From: Azolla caroliniana
Lineage: Eukaryota > Plantae > Polypodiophyta
Direction of reading: 5' to 3'
NCBI GenBank assembly: GCA_043228905.1
Contig: JBHGNT010000005.1
Location: forward strand, 11,718,001 to 11,782,000
Length of the DNA stretch: 64,000 nucleotides
The translations under genes and the position numbers were made by a program. Of this stretch, positions 25,475-37,300 are shown one piece after another; the first letter of the stretch is position 1; every line of letters begins with the position of its first letter. A model generated the notes under the pieces. It was given only the letters and a program-made list of their open reading frames with translations, did no database searches and was not told where the DNA came from.

Positions 25475-28336
25475 CTACATATAGACATTCCCCATGCATA
25501 TATAAGCTGCAGTACACTTTTCATCCAACTGTAATAACTGCTCAAATGCCAATCTTGCAATCTCTATATTTCTCCATTTTGCACAAGAACCTAAAATAGC
25601 CAACCATAGTGGTTGATGATCAGAAGAAGAAGGTGATGTCTCAATCACACTCACAGCTTTGTCAAACTGCCCAGCACGACTGAAAAGATCAACCATACAA
25701 GCATAGTGCTCTGAAGTTGGAGTAAAGGAACATATAGAGTTCATAACATCAAAAATCATTTGCCCCTCGTCTATGAGGCCTGCATGGCTGCATGCATTCA
25801 GAAGCACAAGGAATGTAACCAAATCTGGATCAATGCATGCTGCCATCATTTTGCTAAACAACATAAAAACCATCTTGGATTGACCTTGTTGACCATATCC
25901 AGCCAGTAATGCTGTCCACGATGAAACGGTTGTTGTTGGAATCTCATCAAACACTTGTTGTGCTTTTTCTTGAACACTGCACTTTGCATACATGTCTATC
26001 AGTGCTGTGCCAAGAGCAATGTTCGCCTTCAACAGTAGCTCTTTCTTACAAACTTCACTATGTATCTCTTCTCCAACCTTGAGAGATCCTATGTTGCCAC
26101 AGGCTTTTAAACCACAAATATAGGTAACTTCGTTTGGTGGGGGAAGTCCCGCAACTTGCATCTTTTTGAAACAATTCAGAGCTTCCTCACTCTGCGCATG
26201 TTCAGCATAGCCATCTATTAATGCATTCCAAGTTGCAACATCTTGAACTGGAAGCTCGTCAAATACTTCTCGTGCTTTTCCCAATGCACCACATTTGGCA
26301 TACATATTCACCAAAGTTGTCCCCAGCACGTGCTCCTTTTCCAATAACCTGAGGTTGCTCATCTCTACATGTAGCATTTCTCCTGTCTTCAAAGACCCTA
26401 TGTCAGCACAAGCTTTCAAAAGGGAAATGAATGTGACCACATCGGGAGACATACCCGCGGCTTTCATCCTCGCGAAGCAATCCAAAGCTTCATCACCAAA
26501 ACAATGTTGGGCATACCCACCAATAAGAGCACTCCAAGCTACAATATTTGGATCTGGAATATTGTCGAATACCTCTCGTGCTTTATTCAATGCACCACAT
26601 TTTGCATACATGTCAACCAGTGATGTGCTGAGGATGATGTTTTTCTTCAATAACCCTCGCTTGCAGACTTCAATATGTATTTCTTCTCCCATTGCAATAT
26701 TCGCAATGGCACCACAAGCTTTCAGAATGTAAGTAAATGTTATTGCATTTGGGGGAATACCCTCCTCTTGCATCTTCTTCATGCTGCATATAGCTTCATC
26801 ATTACAACCATGTTGAATATAGCCAGCAATCAGCACATTCCAAGTTACAACATTTCGTATTGGAAGACTGGTGAATACCTCCTGTGCTTTTTTCATCTGA
26901 CCACAATTTGCATACATATCCACCAATGTTGTGGCGAGGACGACATTTTTTTCCAATAGTCTCTTTTTCACAATCTCGGCATGAATGTCTTTCCCCATCT
27001 CAAGGTTTTCTATGGCACTACAAGCTTTGAGAAGACAAATAAATGTGACTGCATCAGGATACAAACCCTCATTTTGCATCTTCTTATAGTAACAAAGAGC
27101 TTCATTACCAAGTCCTTGTTGAGCATAGCCAGAAATTAAGGTACTCCAAGATACAACATCTCTTGCCGGAAGTTCTTCAAGCACTTCTTGAGCTTTTTCT
27201 AACATATTGCACTTAACATACATGTCAAGTAATGCATTGCCAAGGACAATGTTTTCTCCCAATAGATCTTGATTCTCGACTTCTCGATGTATCTCTTTCC
27301 CGATCTCGAGGAATCCCATACTTCCACAAGCTTTCAAACCACAAACAAATGTGATTACATTGGGGGACAGACCTTCATCTTGCATTTTTCTGAAACATTT
27401 AAGAGCTTCATCACCACGCCCATAGTTTGCATAACCGGAGATAAGTGCATTCCACGATACAACATTTCGAATCGGAAGATTGTCAAATACCTCTTGTGCT
27501 TTATCAAGTCTTCCACATTTGGCATACATGTCCATCAATGTTGTGCCGAGCACCACATCTTTTTTCAGTAATCCAAGATTATTCACCTGTTTGTGTATCT
27601 CTTCTCCCATCTCAAGAGATTGGATACCTCCACAAGCTTTTAGAATGCAAATAAATGTCACTATATCTGGGGAGAAACCCTCTTTACACATCTTTACAAA
27701 GCATTCTACAGCTTTATGCCCAAATCCATGTTGATTATACCCCCAAATGAGTACCGTCCATGACACTATATTTCGTATCGGCATTATCTCGAACATTTTT
27801 TGCGCCTCTTCTATTGCACCACATTTCACATACATATTAATCAAAGCATTGTGAATATGAATATCCTCTTGAAGGACAAATCTATGCTGGAGAAGAATAT
27901 CAGCATGTAATCTTCTGCCTTCACTTAAATCCTTATGTTTTACACAACATTTGATCAAGTCCAATACATCAGGAAGATCGCCCAATTTCCCAATTTCCCG
28001 CTCAAATTTGGTTAGTTCTTCGTGAACCCAACATGGATTATGAGGCAAACGCATATACAAAGGGGCCTCTGTTTCTTTATGAATAAAATCAGGGGAGTTT
28101 TGGTTTCTCTGTAAAAGAAGAAAAAAGACACAAAGTAGATGACATAGAGAGAATTAGAGAGAGTTTATCTTCTTTGCAACAGTCAAGTCTTAGGGTCTTC
28201 TTTTATCTTTTCTGCTTACCTTGTTTACACTCCTTTGGTCCCAAAATTGAGAAGGATCTTGGAAGAACTCCTTCCATAATTTACTCAGATGGCTCTCAGA
28301 TTGTGCAGTAAATGGTGAGGATGATGGAGATAGCAT
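25475..28336 (-). CDS. PLS-class pentatricopeptide repeat protein with E1 and truncated E2 (no DYW), plus a predicted N-terminal PDF motif; exons 28220-28336 and 25475-28108, ~916 aa
   Basis: Seven S motifs (N/TxLxDMYxKCG) alternating with P (VSWxxLIxGY) and L (TFICxLKAC) motifs; terminal P2-L2-S2 (HYACMVDLFSRAG) and E1 (LWLAILGSC); the upstream exon joins in frame across a GT-AG intron. Confidence 0.9.
28109..28219 (-). other. Predicted 111-bp spliceosomal intron in the PPR gene
   Basis: Donor AAG|GTAAGC, acceptor tcttttttcttcttttacAG|AGA; phase 0; joins a 39-codon exon to 16 codons that run in frame into the 861-aa ORF. Confidence 0.82.
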
Positions 28337-29269
28337 GGCATTGAGAAATCACATCACATACATGTGTGAGCAGCTAAGAGATAGACTCGTTGGATAACAG
28401 TAGAAGAACAAACACCATCAATTAAGCCTTTTTTTTTATTCACTAAGTTATTATATATATCTAGGAAACTTCATTAAGTTGTTGTAGGCCCCATGTGCTT
28501 TATGACATGATGCCGTGAGAGGTCAAATCTCTCATAATAGGGACTCCAGATGTCCTTGACGCACAAAACAGTTTTGCTTATTACGTTGGGTCATCACATC
28601 AACATCAATTGTCCAACATGTGCGAGATCCCAGAAGCTTTGCACGCACCTGTGTGGCTCAATTATCCAACATGTGTATAATCACAGAAGTGATGGGTGCA
28701 TGTGTGTGCATTGAAACCCACTCACTCCCTTATCATAACCTTATACCTCTTAGTTATATAATCGCTTTCATGATGTCGGCTATGGAGTTTGTGGCATGTT
28801 ATGGTAAGGTACTTATTCTTTCCAGACAAATGGGAGTCCATATTGTCGTTACATCTTTGTTATCTGTAAATAGTTGGAATTGGTCATACCTTCGTGAGGT
28901 ATCACGAATGGAGTAGATTGGTCTCCCCACTAAAAGCTTTAACAAACTTGTCAAACATTTGGCCCGACCTTGGTATTGTCAATTGTCATTCTATTGAAGG
29001 TTGAGTGGTTTTGAATGAAGTATAGCAACCCATTCTTTTTAGTACAATGAACCATCTACTTGAAGAAGGAGCATTTGAAGGCTCTAGAATTCCCATTCTA
29101 ATCTTCTCTTTCAACACCTCAAATCATAACTTCATTATATCAGCCTTCCTAATCATAATCATTTATAGGTTCTATGGCCAACTATCTTTAACGAGGGAGT
29201 AGCCACTAACGTCACCTTCCTACCCATTGTTTTACATTGTATATTGTAAATAATTACGTTGAGTAACTA

Positions 29270-29647
29270 TGTTAGGCAGAATAGATTCGATGTGTGTTTG
29301 TGTGTGTTAGAGAAGAGACACAAGATAGATAGGAGATAAAGACTCAAATGTATATTAACAAGGAATAAGAAAATAAACTAGCAACGACCGTGTACAAGGA
29401 AGGAGGAGAGTGTTTTATATCTAGTCAACCTCTCTCTACATTCTCTCACTAAAACGCCAACTCTCTCTCTCTCTCTAATAGCTTGGGGAATATGGAAACA
29501 CATTAGTTAGTTATGTGTCATAGGATATGATTCTATGACACATAGTTAATGTTAGAAAGTAGTGGTGACCTTTGACCTTTAAGTGTTCATACATTCTCAA
29601 CAAGGTGTGTTCACACACTAGACTTAGGTTGAGTTTGATTCTCAACA
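29270..29647 (-). mobile_element. Possible old solo LTR
   Basis: TG...CA-bounded; minus-strand start tgttgagaatcaaactcaac resembles family A LTR start tgttgagagacaagctcaac; no matching TSD found. Confidence 0.35.
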
Positions 29648-29899
29648 CACACACACATATATATATATATCCAAAAAAGGAGTTACTTTTCCATTAGTTA
29701 GGAGACATTTTTGTAGAAAGGCTATACAAGGTGACTTATATATGTATTGGGGAATCATCCCCCGACGGAGTTCCAGAATATGGGAAAGCAACTATGGCTA
29801 TGGACATTTCCTCTCATATTTTTTCCTTAATGTAAGGAGATATCTAGAGCTATAAATATATTTTCAAATCCATCACTGGCCAACATGAGCCCAATCCCC

Positions 29900-31478
29900 C
29901 AACCCTCAACGAAGGGAGGGTGGGAGGTGGGTTGGAAACAACTAGCATGGGGGTTGGTAGTTCCACCTTGGGTCGTTTCCTCCTTGTGTCATTGTCGTGT
30001 GCTCCTCCATTTCTACAAAAAACATAAACGGGCAATGACCACGTTGTTGGAGCGGTTGAAAACCTCGGACTCCACCTATCCTCGTAGGTTGTTGATAATC
30101 ACGAACCATATATCCATGACCAATTCCTCCAGGGGGCGTACCAAATCTTGAAAGACCTTTACGTAGCGGGCTTTCCACACATACCAAAGGGTGAAGCCAA
30201 CAATCAACATCCAAGTCTCCCTAAAGCAGGGGGATGTGGTTGTTAAGCCTCTCTCAAATAAAGTCTTGACGCTTTTACCTCTTGCACATTCATAACACTA
30301 GTTGCCTCCATTGAAGGTGTCCGTCCAGCTATCAATTGAGGGATTGATCCAAACCGCCATGCTCCATGATGCTATCCCTTCCACTTTGCAGGTAGCTAGG
30401 AGGCATGTCACCATACCTGATGTCTGTTTGGGGGAAATCCCACAAATGGTGTCTCAGAGTCTCGATAGGTGCCGAGCAAAGTGGGCCGGCTATCGGGCAT
30501 CCTCGTTTACTTATCCATTCGCCAACAAGGACCACTTTATGGCTGCGTTGCCACCAAAATAGCTTGATCTTCTCAGGCACGTGGAGACGCCAGAGACCCT
30601 TCTAGAATATATAGAGCACCTTGTCGGTGATGCCAATCTCCACCAACCATTGAAATTTCTAGCTGCAATTGTATAGCTTGGCCTAATTTAGTGTTGTAAT
30701 CGAAGAAGTGGCACAACCTACCATCATGTTTCCACTTGAAATCCCATGGGTCCCATTCTAGTTCTGCGAGGGTGCGATTACTATAGACCCACAACTTCCA
30801 ATGGGGATCTACCTTAGTAGCGTCAAGGTGTGTCTTCCAATTGTTGCCAGCCTTGCGCCACCACACGGATCTGCTACCAACAGCCACTACTCTGGCTCTC
30901 CCCAAATAATGTAGCCCCTCTAAATCCCCTTGTGCCCTTCAGTAGATTAATTGTTCCAATCTCACCAAAGAGACCGAACCATGTATATCCTCTCGCATCC
31001 CCCACCGGAACCCTTTCAACCGCCTCTGCTATCAGTCTCCTCATTTTCTTAACTCCCTTGAGTGGAGGTCCTGGGTTCTCCCTCGCCCCTCCTAGATCCA
31101 CCGTGCGTCTCCAATCGCTTATAGAATGGAGCCATGTCTACGTTAGCTTTCCCCACATCGGGCCCTTGACTTGCCCTATCATCATGTCATCACTTGCTCG
31201 TACTTGAGGATTCCAAAATAATGGTTGTCGAGTCCATTCGATTAGTATCTCTGGGGTGTTCCTGACCAAATGATGTCTCATGTGATACCATGACCGTAAG
31301 ATGGAGTTAGTCACCCTATTTTCCGGATGACATGCCATCTTGGATGGGATTCCGTTCACGCAACAATAGTTCAAGGAGTCATGCCAAGGTCTACCATACT
31401 TGGGAGTCCCTACTTACAACCTGTTACGAAGGTGTATCTTCCAACACTCCTTGCATGGCAAATCCAAAGGCCCAAAGT
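29900..31478 (-). mobile_element. Degenerate LINE (L1-like) ORF2 3' region; continues at ~47410-47560 beyond the nested copia
   Basis: zf-RVT-like segment KLFWWQ..HKVVLVGEW...CPIAGPLCSAPIETLRHHLWD; upstream HFFDYNTKLG; at 47410-47520 the minus strand reads F*QAFGVNVN*DKTQGLWI, resembling the LINE RT C-terminal motif; boundaries approximate. Confidence 0.65.
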
Positions 31479-34361
31479 TGTTGAGCGGCAAGCTCAACCG
31501 GATCCGGATTGGCTGAATACGCCTGAGCCGGATTGGCATTCGGAAGGATGAGCCAGATCGGTGAGCCGGTGAGCTGGAGGGCCGGTTAGTTGGATCAAGC
31601 AGTAACTGGAAGCCTAGTAGCAGCCTAGACTACTAGGTCGTTAATGTCTCATAGTTAGTGTGAGACGCTCGTGTGAGCATTAAAGTACATTGTACCTCTA
31701 TCAGTCCTCTTAGGACTTGTATAAATAGTGTTGTTGAGCACCTTGTATGTATAGAGAATTTTACAGAGTTGTTGATAATAGATTTAAGTTGTTCTGCTCT
31801 TTCTCTGTCTCTCCTGTGTACCTTCTGTGTGTTAATCTCTCTCTCTGTTGCTATCCGGCTGAGCCGGTTGTCTAATGCTTCCGCACCTTCATTTTTACAT
31901 GGTATCAGAGCGCGAGGGTTGAGAACCTCTACAGTTGACATCAACATCTGAAAACAAACCCTAAGACCTAATAAGAACAGAAAGAGAAGTGATGGACAGA
32001 GGAATGGCTAGCTCGCTCTCGGTGGAGAAGCTCGACAGATCCAACTACACATCTTGGTCATACAAGATGCACCAGTACCTGCTTGGGCACGGTTATTGGA
32101 GCTATGCCGACGGAGCTAACAACACAGCACCTGATGCGACACACAAGGACTTCCCAGTGTGGGAACAAGCGGCAAGCAGAGTGATGTACTGCTTTGCGTC
32201 TTGTGTCAGAGACCAGCTGATGAGCCATGTCCGAGATGCCAAGACACCAAATGAAGCTTGGGGAAACCTGAAGAAGGTTTTCGCGGCAAGCACTACGGCC
32301 CGGAAGCTGCAACTCCGACAGGAGTTGAGCAATGTCTGACAGAAGGACATGTCGGTAGCCGATTACACGGCCCGAATCAAAGAGATCTGTGACTCACTTG
32401 CCTCTATCAACGTCACTATAGAGGAAGATGAGATGGTGCAGATTTGTCTTGGGGGCCTAGCGTCTAAGTTCAGAGCGTTCCAAACGGCGGTATATACAAG
32501 GGAGAATACATCGTCATTTTTCGACTTACAATCGATGCTCCTTGTAGAGGAGAACCATGCCGGTGCGTCAACAAGTGCACCCACCGACAACCAGATGTTG
32601 TACACGAAGGCGGATCGGCCCCGTGGGCGTGGTGGATGAGGCGGGTTGGCTCGCAATGGTAGCGGCCGGCAAGAGCAAGACCGAAGGCATAGAGAATGTG
32701 CCGACAACAGTTCCGGACCCTCCACAAGCAGGGGGAGTCAAGGCGGCGCCAGAGGCCGGCAAGCAAAAGCCGACACGGAATGCTGGTCTTGTAGTAAAAA
32801 GGGCCAAAGAGAAAGTGAGTGCTGGAAGAAGCGCACTGATTCGGACAAATCCGGATCTGGCATGGCCGGCAGAGAGAACTGACAATAATCGCACTACGTA
32901 GAAGAATCGGGAGGATCCAAAACTGGAAAAGTCGATAAAGGGCCAACCTTGGTGATGAAACACAAGGCTAACTCGATGAAGAAGACCACTTCCAAATCGG
33001 AGGAAGTGTGGTACGTTGATTCCGGTGCGTCGAATCACATGACGAGCCACAAAGAGTGGTTCTCTTTCTTGGAGAAACTGGAACAACCAGGAGACGTCAA
33101 AACCGGAGACGACACTCCTCACCCAATCGTGCATGTCGGAGAAGTCCCTTTGAGCCACGTCGGATAGAGGGGGAAGCTAATGAACGTATTACATGTTTTG
33201 ACTATCACGAAGAACCTGGTGTTAGTCAGTCAGATCGTTGACCAGGGGATGTAGGTGCGGTTTACGCACCTTGGGTGATTCATCAAGGAAGAGGGCGAAA
33301 TTATTGCGCAAGGGCACAGAGATGGGAAGATGTTCATCCTCGACACCAATGACGTCGGCGCCACTTTGTTCGCCAAAGGAGAGAAGATTGAATCGGATAT
33401 TGATCTCTGGCACAAGCGGATCGACCACATCAATTACCGGAGGTTTCAAGACCTGCAAACGAAACAAGTTGTTTTCGGTTTGCCGAAGTTCAGTGGCCGG
33501 AAGGTCCAAATATGTGATGCTTGCCAACTCGAGAAGCAACACCAGCTTCCATTCCCCACCGAATGAAACCGTAGCCGTAACAAGCTCGACCTTATTCATT
33601 CGGATGTATGGGGACCGACACAGAACGTTAGTCTTAGCAGGAGTCGATACTTCGTCTCCTTCATTGATGACTACAGCCGGCACACATGGATCTACCTCAT
33701 TGACCAGAAGAGCGAAGTCTTCAAGTGTTTCTGGAACCTGGAAAGCTTGGTTGAACGGGAAACGGAGAGGAAGATCAAGTGCTTGCGGTCGGATGGCCAA
33801 AAAGAATAATTTTCCGGCCAATTCAATAGTTATCTGTAGCAAAAAGGAATTCGGAGAGAGTTCAGCTGCAGATACACACTAGAGAAAAACGGTGTGGCCG
33901 AAAGGAAGAACCGGTCGATTGTCGACGCGGCAAGGGCAATGTTGGAGGAGAAGAGCATGCCCCATTTCTACTGGGTTGAGGCTGTTGCCTGTCTGGCCGG
34001 ACTAGCCTCAACACAGGTGTCTATCCGACACTTCTCCAAAGGGGTGGTAAGGGTTGGATGCTAGGTTACACACAATAATTACTATTGATTACTTCCGTCC
34101 CCCCTTTACAAATCATCGGATCCTTTTATAGGCATCCGGCAAGGTTACAATCGGTGCGCTTAGGCAACCGACATCCGAATCGGTCCGGATCCGGATCGGT
34201 ACCACTGTACCGGATCCGTCCCTCCGAATAATAATTCTACTATTATTTACTTCCTATTATCCGATCCGATTCCGCCTTCCCACTTGTCCTTGCTCTTCTG
34301 ACCGGCCAACACATGGCACGTCCGTGGGAAAGTGCCTTGCACTTCGAATCCACTCCCGGCC

Positions 34362-37300
34362 TCAGTCTTCCTCCAAAATATCGAGCACACTCTGCTCGAT
34401 AGTGTCAAGTGGTGCTTCTTCCTCCTGTTCCTGTTCCTTGCCTGCCTGGTCTCCGACCTCCGGTTGGGTAGGCTGTTCCGTAAAAATTTGCTGCTCCGGC
34501 TCTGCTTGATTCTGTGGTGCCGGTGCTTCCTCACCGCTTCGTCTGGGTTCTTCCTGTTCTCCCTCCGTTCCTGGCTCTGTTCTGTTACCGGTGTCGCTTT
34601 CTCCGGTCTCGACTGGTCGACTCGATATGCCTCCTTCCTCTGCTCTGGTGTCTTCCGGTCTCAGCTCTTCTTCTTCTCTGGCATCGGTCTGCTCCTGCTC
34701 TTCTTCAAGTTCGTCTTCGGGTATTCCTCGTCGGGGTTGTTCGGTGTCGGTTGGTTCATCTTCAGCCAGTCGCTCTCCCTCACTTATCGTGATTGGCGTC
34801 GTTCTTCCCTTAGCTTCCTGTCGTAACCGGTCCTGCTCGTATCTCTCCAACTCCAACTGAGTTGCGAGTTGCCTGTCATCCAACCTCTCTACCAACCCTC
34901 GGATTTCTTTGAGGTGTTCTTCTGCTAAAGTGTAGAAATCCTCTGACAATTCTTCCCGAATAGCGACGATACTTTCTTCATCCATCTTGTAGAACCTGTC
35001 ACCGGTCTTCCTCCGATTCTCGGCATCCGCTCGGAGTGTCTGCAGCTCGGCTGCCTGTTGTGACCACTCCTTCCATAGCTTTTCCGTACTTCCGTTGATG
35101 CTTGCCTGAGCTCGGGTACTCCATCCTGACATGATGAGCTTGATCCGGTCAACCCCTGCCTTAGCATGCGCATAAGCTTCCTGCTTTTCCTTCCTTGTCC
35201 GTTTTATAATGTCGGCCATTATCTGAGCCTGGGCCTCGTAATCTGCTTTTTGCTTTTCATAGGTACTCTGCAATTTGCTGATCGTGAAGGTCGATTTTTC
35301 CTTTTCTTCATTCCTGATCTTGGTCAGGTCCAGCTTTTCCCGCCTTAGCGCCTCTAATTCCTTCCTTCTCTCCGTTGCTTGGGCTATTTCCGCCGACAAT
35401 GCTTCCTTGTTGGCACTGACCTCATCCATCGCCTTAGCCAGGTCTAATCGGGTCTCTTTGAGCTGCTCTTTCAGCTTCTCTATTTGCCGGTCGTAGTCTG
35501 CTGCCCGTTTTTTGTTGTCCGACTCGGCCTGCTTGTGATCTCGGTAGAGACGGTCGAAGTCCTCCGTCTTCTGCTTCAGGCGTCGGGTTGCCTGAGCTCT
35601 TAACCGATCGTCCCGGTCCTTCTGTTGTCGGAGTTCTTCCTGCAGTCGTTCTATCTCTTGCTCGGCATGTCGTCGTAGTCGGTCCTTCTCCTTTTGCAGC
35701 TTCTCTTTTTCTTCTTGTAGTCGGTCATTAGCGGCTCGACCTTTCCGGAGGTCTTCTTCCATTTTTCGTCTGTCGTCCTCCACCACTTTCCGCTGCTCCC
35801 TTTCTCTTTCCCTTAATGCCTCCTGAGCTTTTAACTCCTCTCGTAAGGTTTCTATTAGTTTTTCGGTCTCAGGGCCGGTTTGCAAGGCTACCGGTTCCGG
35901 TTCTGGTTCTGGTTGCTTCCTTGTTGTCCCGACCGGCTCGGTGACAGCTTGTGCTTGTTGAATTCCTTCCCTTGCCTGCAACAGCTCCCCTTGCATTTCC
36001 TCGATCTGTGTTCGGAGCGCGACCAACTCCTGAGTTGTTGTATGCGTCAGCTGTTGCCTACACGTTTCTTCTTTCTCTAACTGGTCTGCTACTCCCGATA
36101 ACTGCTCCGAAAGCCATCTCAGCCATTGTGGCTTTGTTCTTCCGGTGTCGGGGTGGCCTTGCTCACTTAAGTCAGGCTGATTTTCCAGCCTCTTCTCTGG
36201 CTCCGGCTTCGGCGCTTGTTCCTTCTTCTTCTCTGGGATGACCGGTTCTCTGAAATCCGGCCCAACCGGTGTCGGTGCTGCTTCCCTGGGTTCCGGTGCT
36301 GTTTCCGCCTCGGCTACTGGAGATGGTCCTTGCGCCCTCTGCTGAGTTCTGTCCACTGGTGGAGCCGGTCCTTTCGCCCGTTTCTCCCGACCTTGTCTTG
36401 CTGGGAGTCTTACCAGTGGTTCGGATGAGTCTTCTGTTTCAGCTTCCTCCTCCGGTGCGGTTACCAAACGAACCTTTTGTATAAAGACCTCTGGTTCCGG
36501 TTCCGGCCGTCGCAGCGTTATATGGATTGGTTTGCGCGCTACCGGTTCCTCCTCGGCCGATTTCCCTTTGCCTTTACCTGCCGGTTTTGTCTTTGTTGCC
36601 GGTTCCTGTTGCTGTCGGGATGGTCCTTCCCCCTGCTGTTCTGCTTCTTGCTGGGTCCATCCGGGGGTGTGTTTCTCCAAGATCTGTCGGCACTTTGTGA
36701 CCTTTTTCGGCATCGTCTCCTGCCGACCTCTTTTCTTTTGTGTGATGGGGAGCACCGGTGGGACTAACACCGTTAGCCATTGTGCTATCCCGGCCCATGG
36801 CTTTTTTCCTTCCACAAGATTTTTGATGGCCTCCTTCAATCCTTTGGTTATGAAATGGAGCCAGTCAATTTGTAAGCCTTCGTACGCTGCTATTAAGAAC
36901 GCTGCTCGGTACTTGGCTATGGCCGGGGGACGGGGATTCACGAATCCGTATTCCATCATAGCGCGGGCCACTTCTCCGAACAGCAGGTTCTCTCCGCCCT
37001 GCGTTCGGTACGCCTTGCTGCTGATAGAGTACTCCCCGAAATATTCGAACAGGATTTCACTGGAAGGGTTTTCGATTGTTTGAAGTCCACCTGCTTTTAT
37101 CCCCGTGAGCGCCTGCACCGCTCCTTCCGTGACTTCTGATATATCGATCGATGCTGCCGCCTGCTCTGGTTCTGCGTGTGGTGGAGCATCGGCGATCCGC
37201 AACAATCCTTTTAACCCGTTCTCCCTCATCCATTGGCGTGCCTCTTCTGACAGTACCATTGTTTCGAATTCTTCTTCTGCTGCCTGTTGTTCGGGATCGC

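Noticed and set aside
28052-28060. PPR start at 28060 (TTG) or 28054 as implied by the ORF track
   Set aside because: The frame is open to a strong splice acceptor at 28109, and an upstream exon completes a recognisable motif
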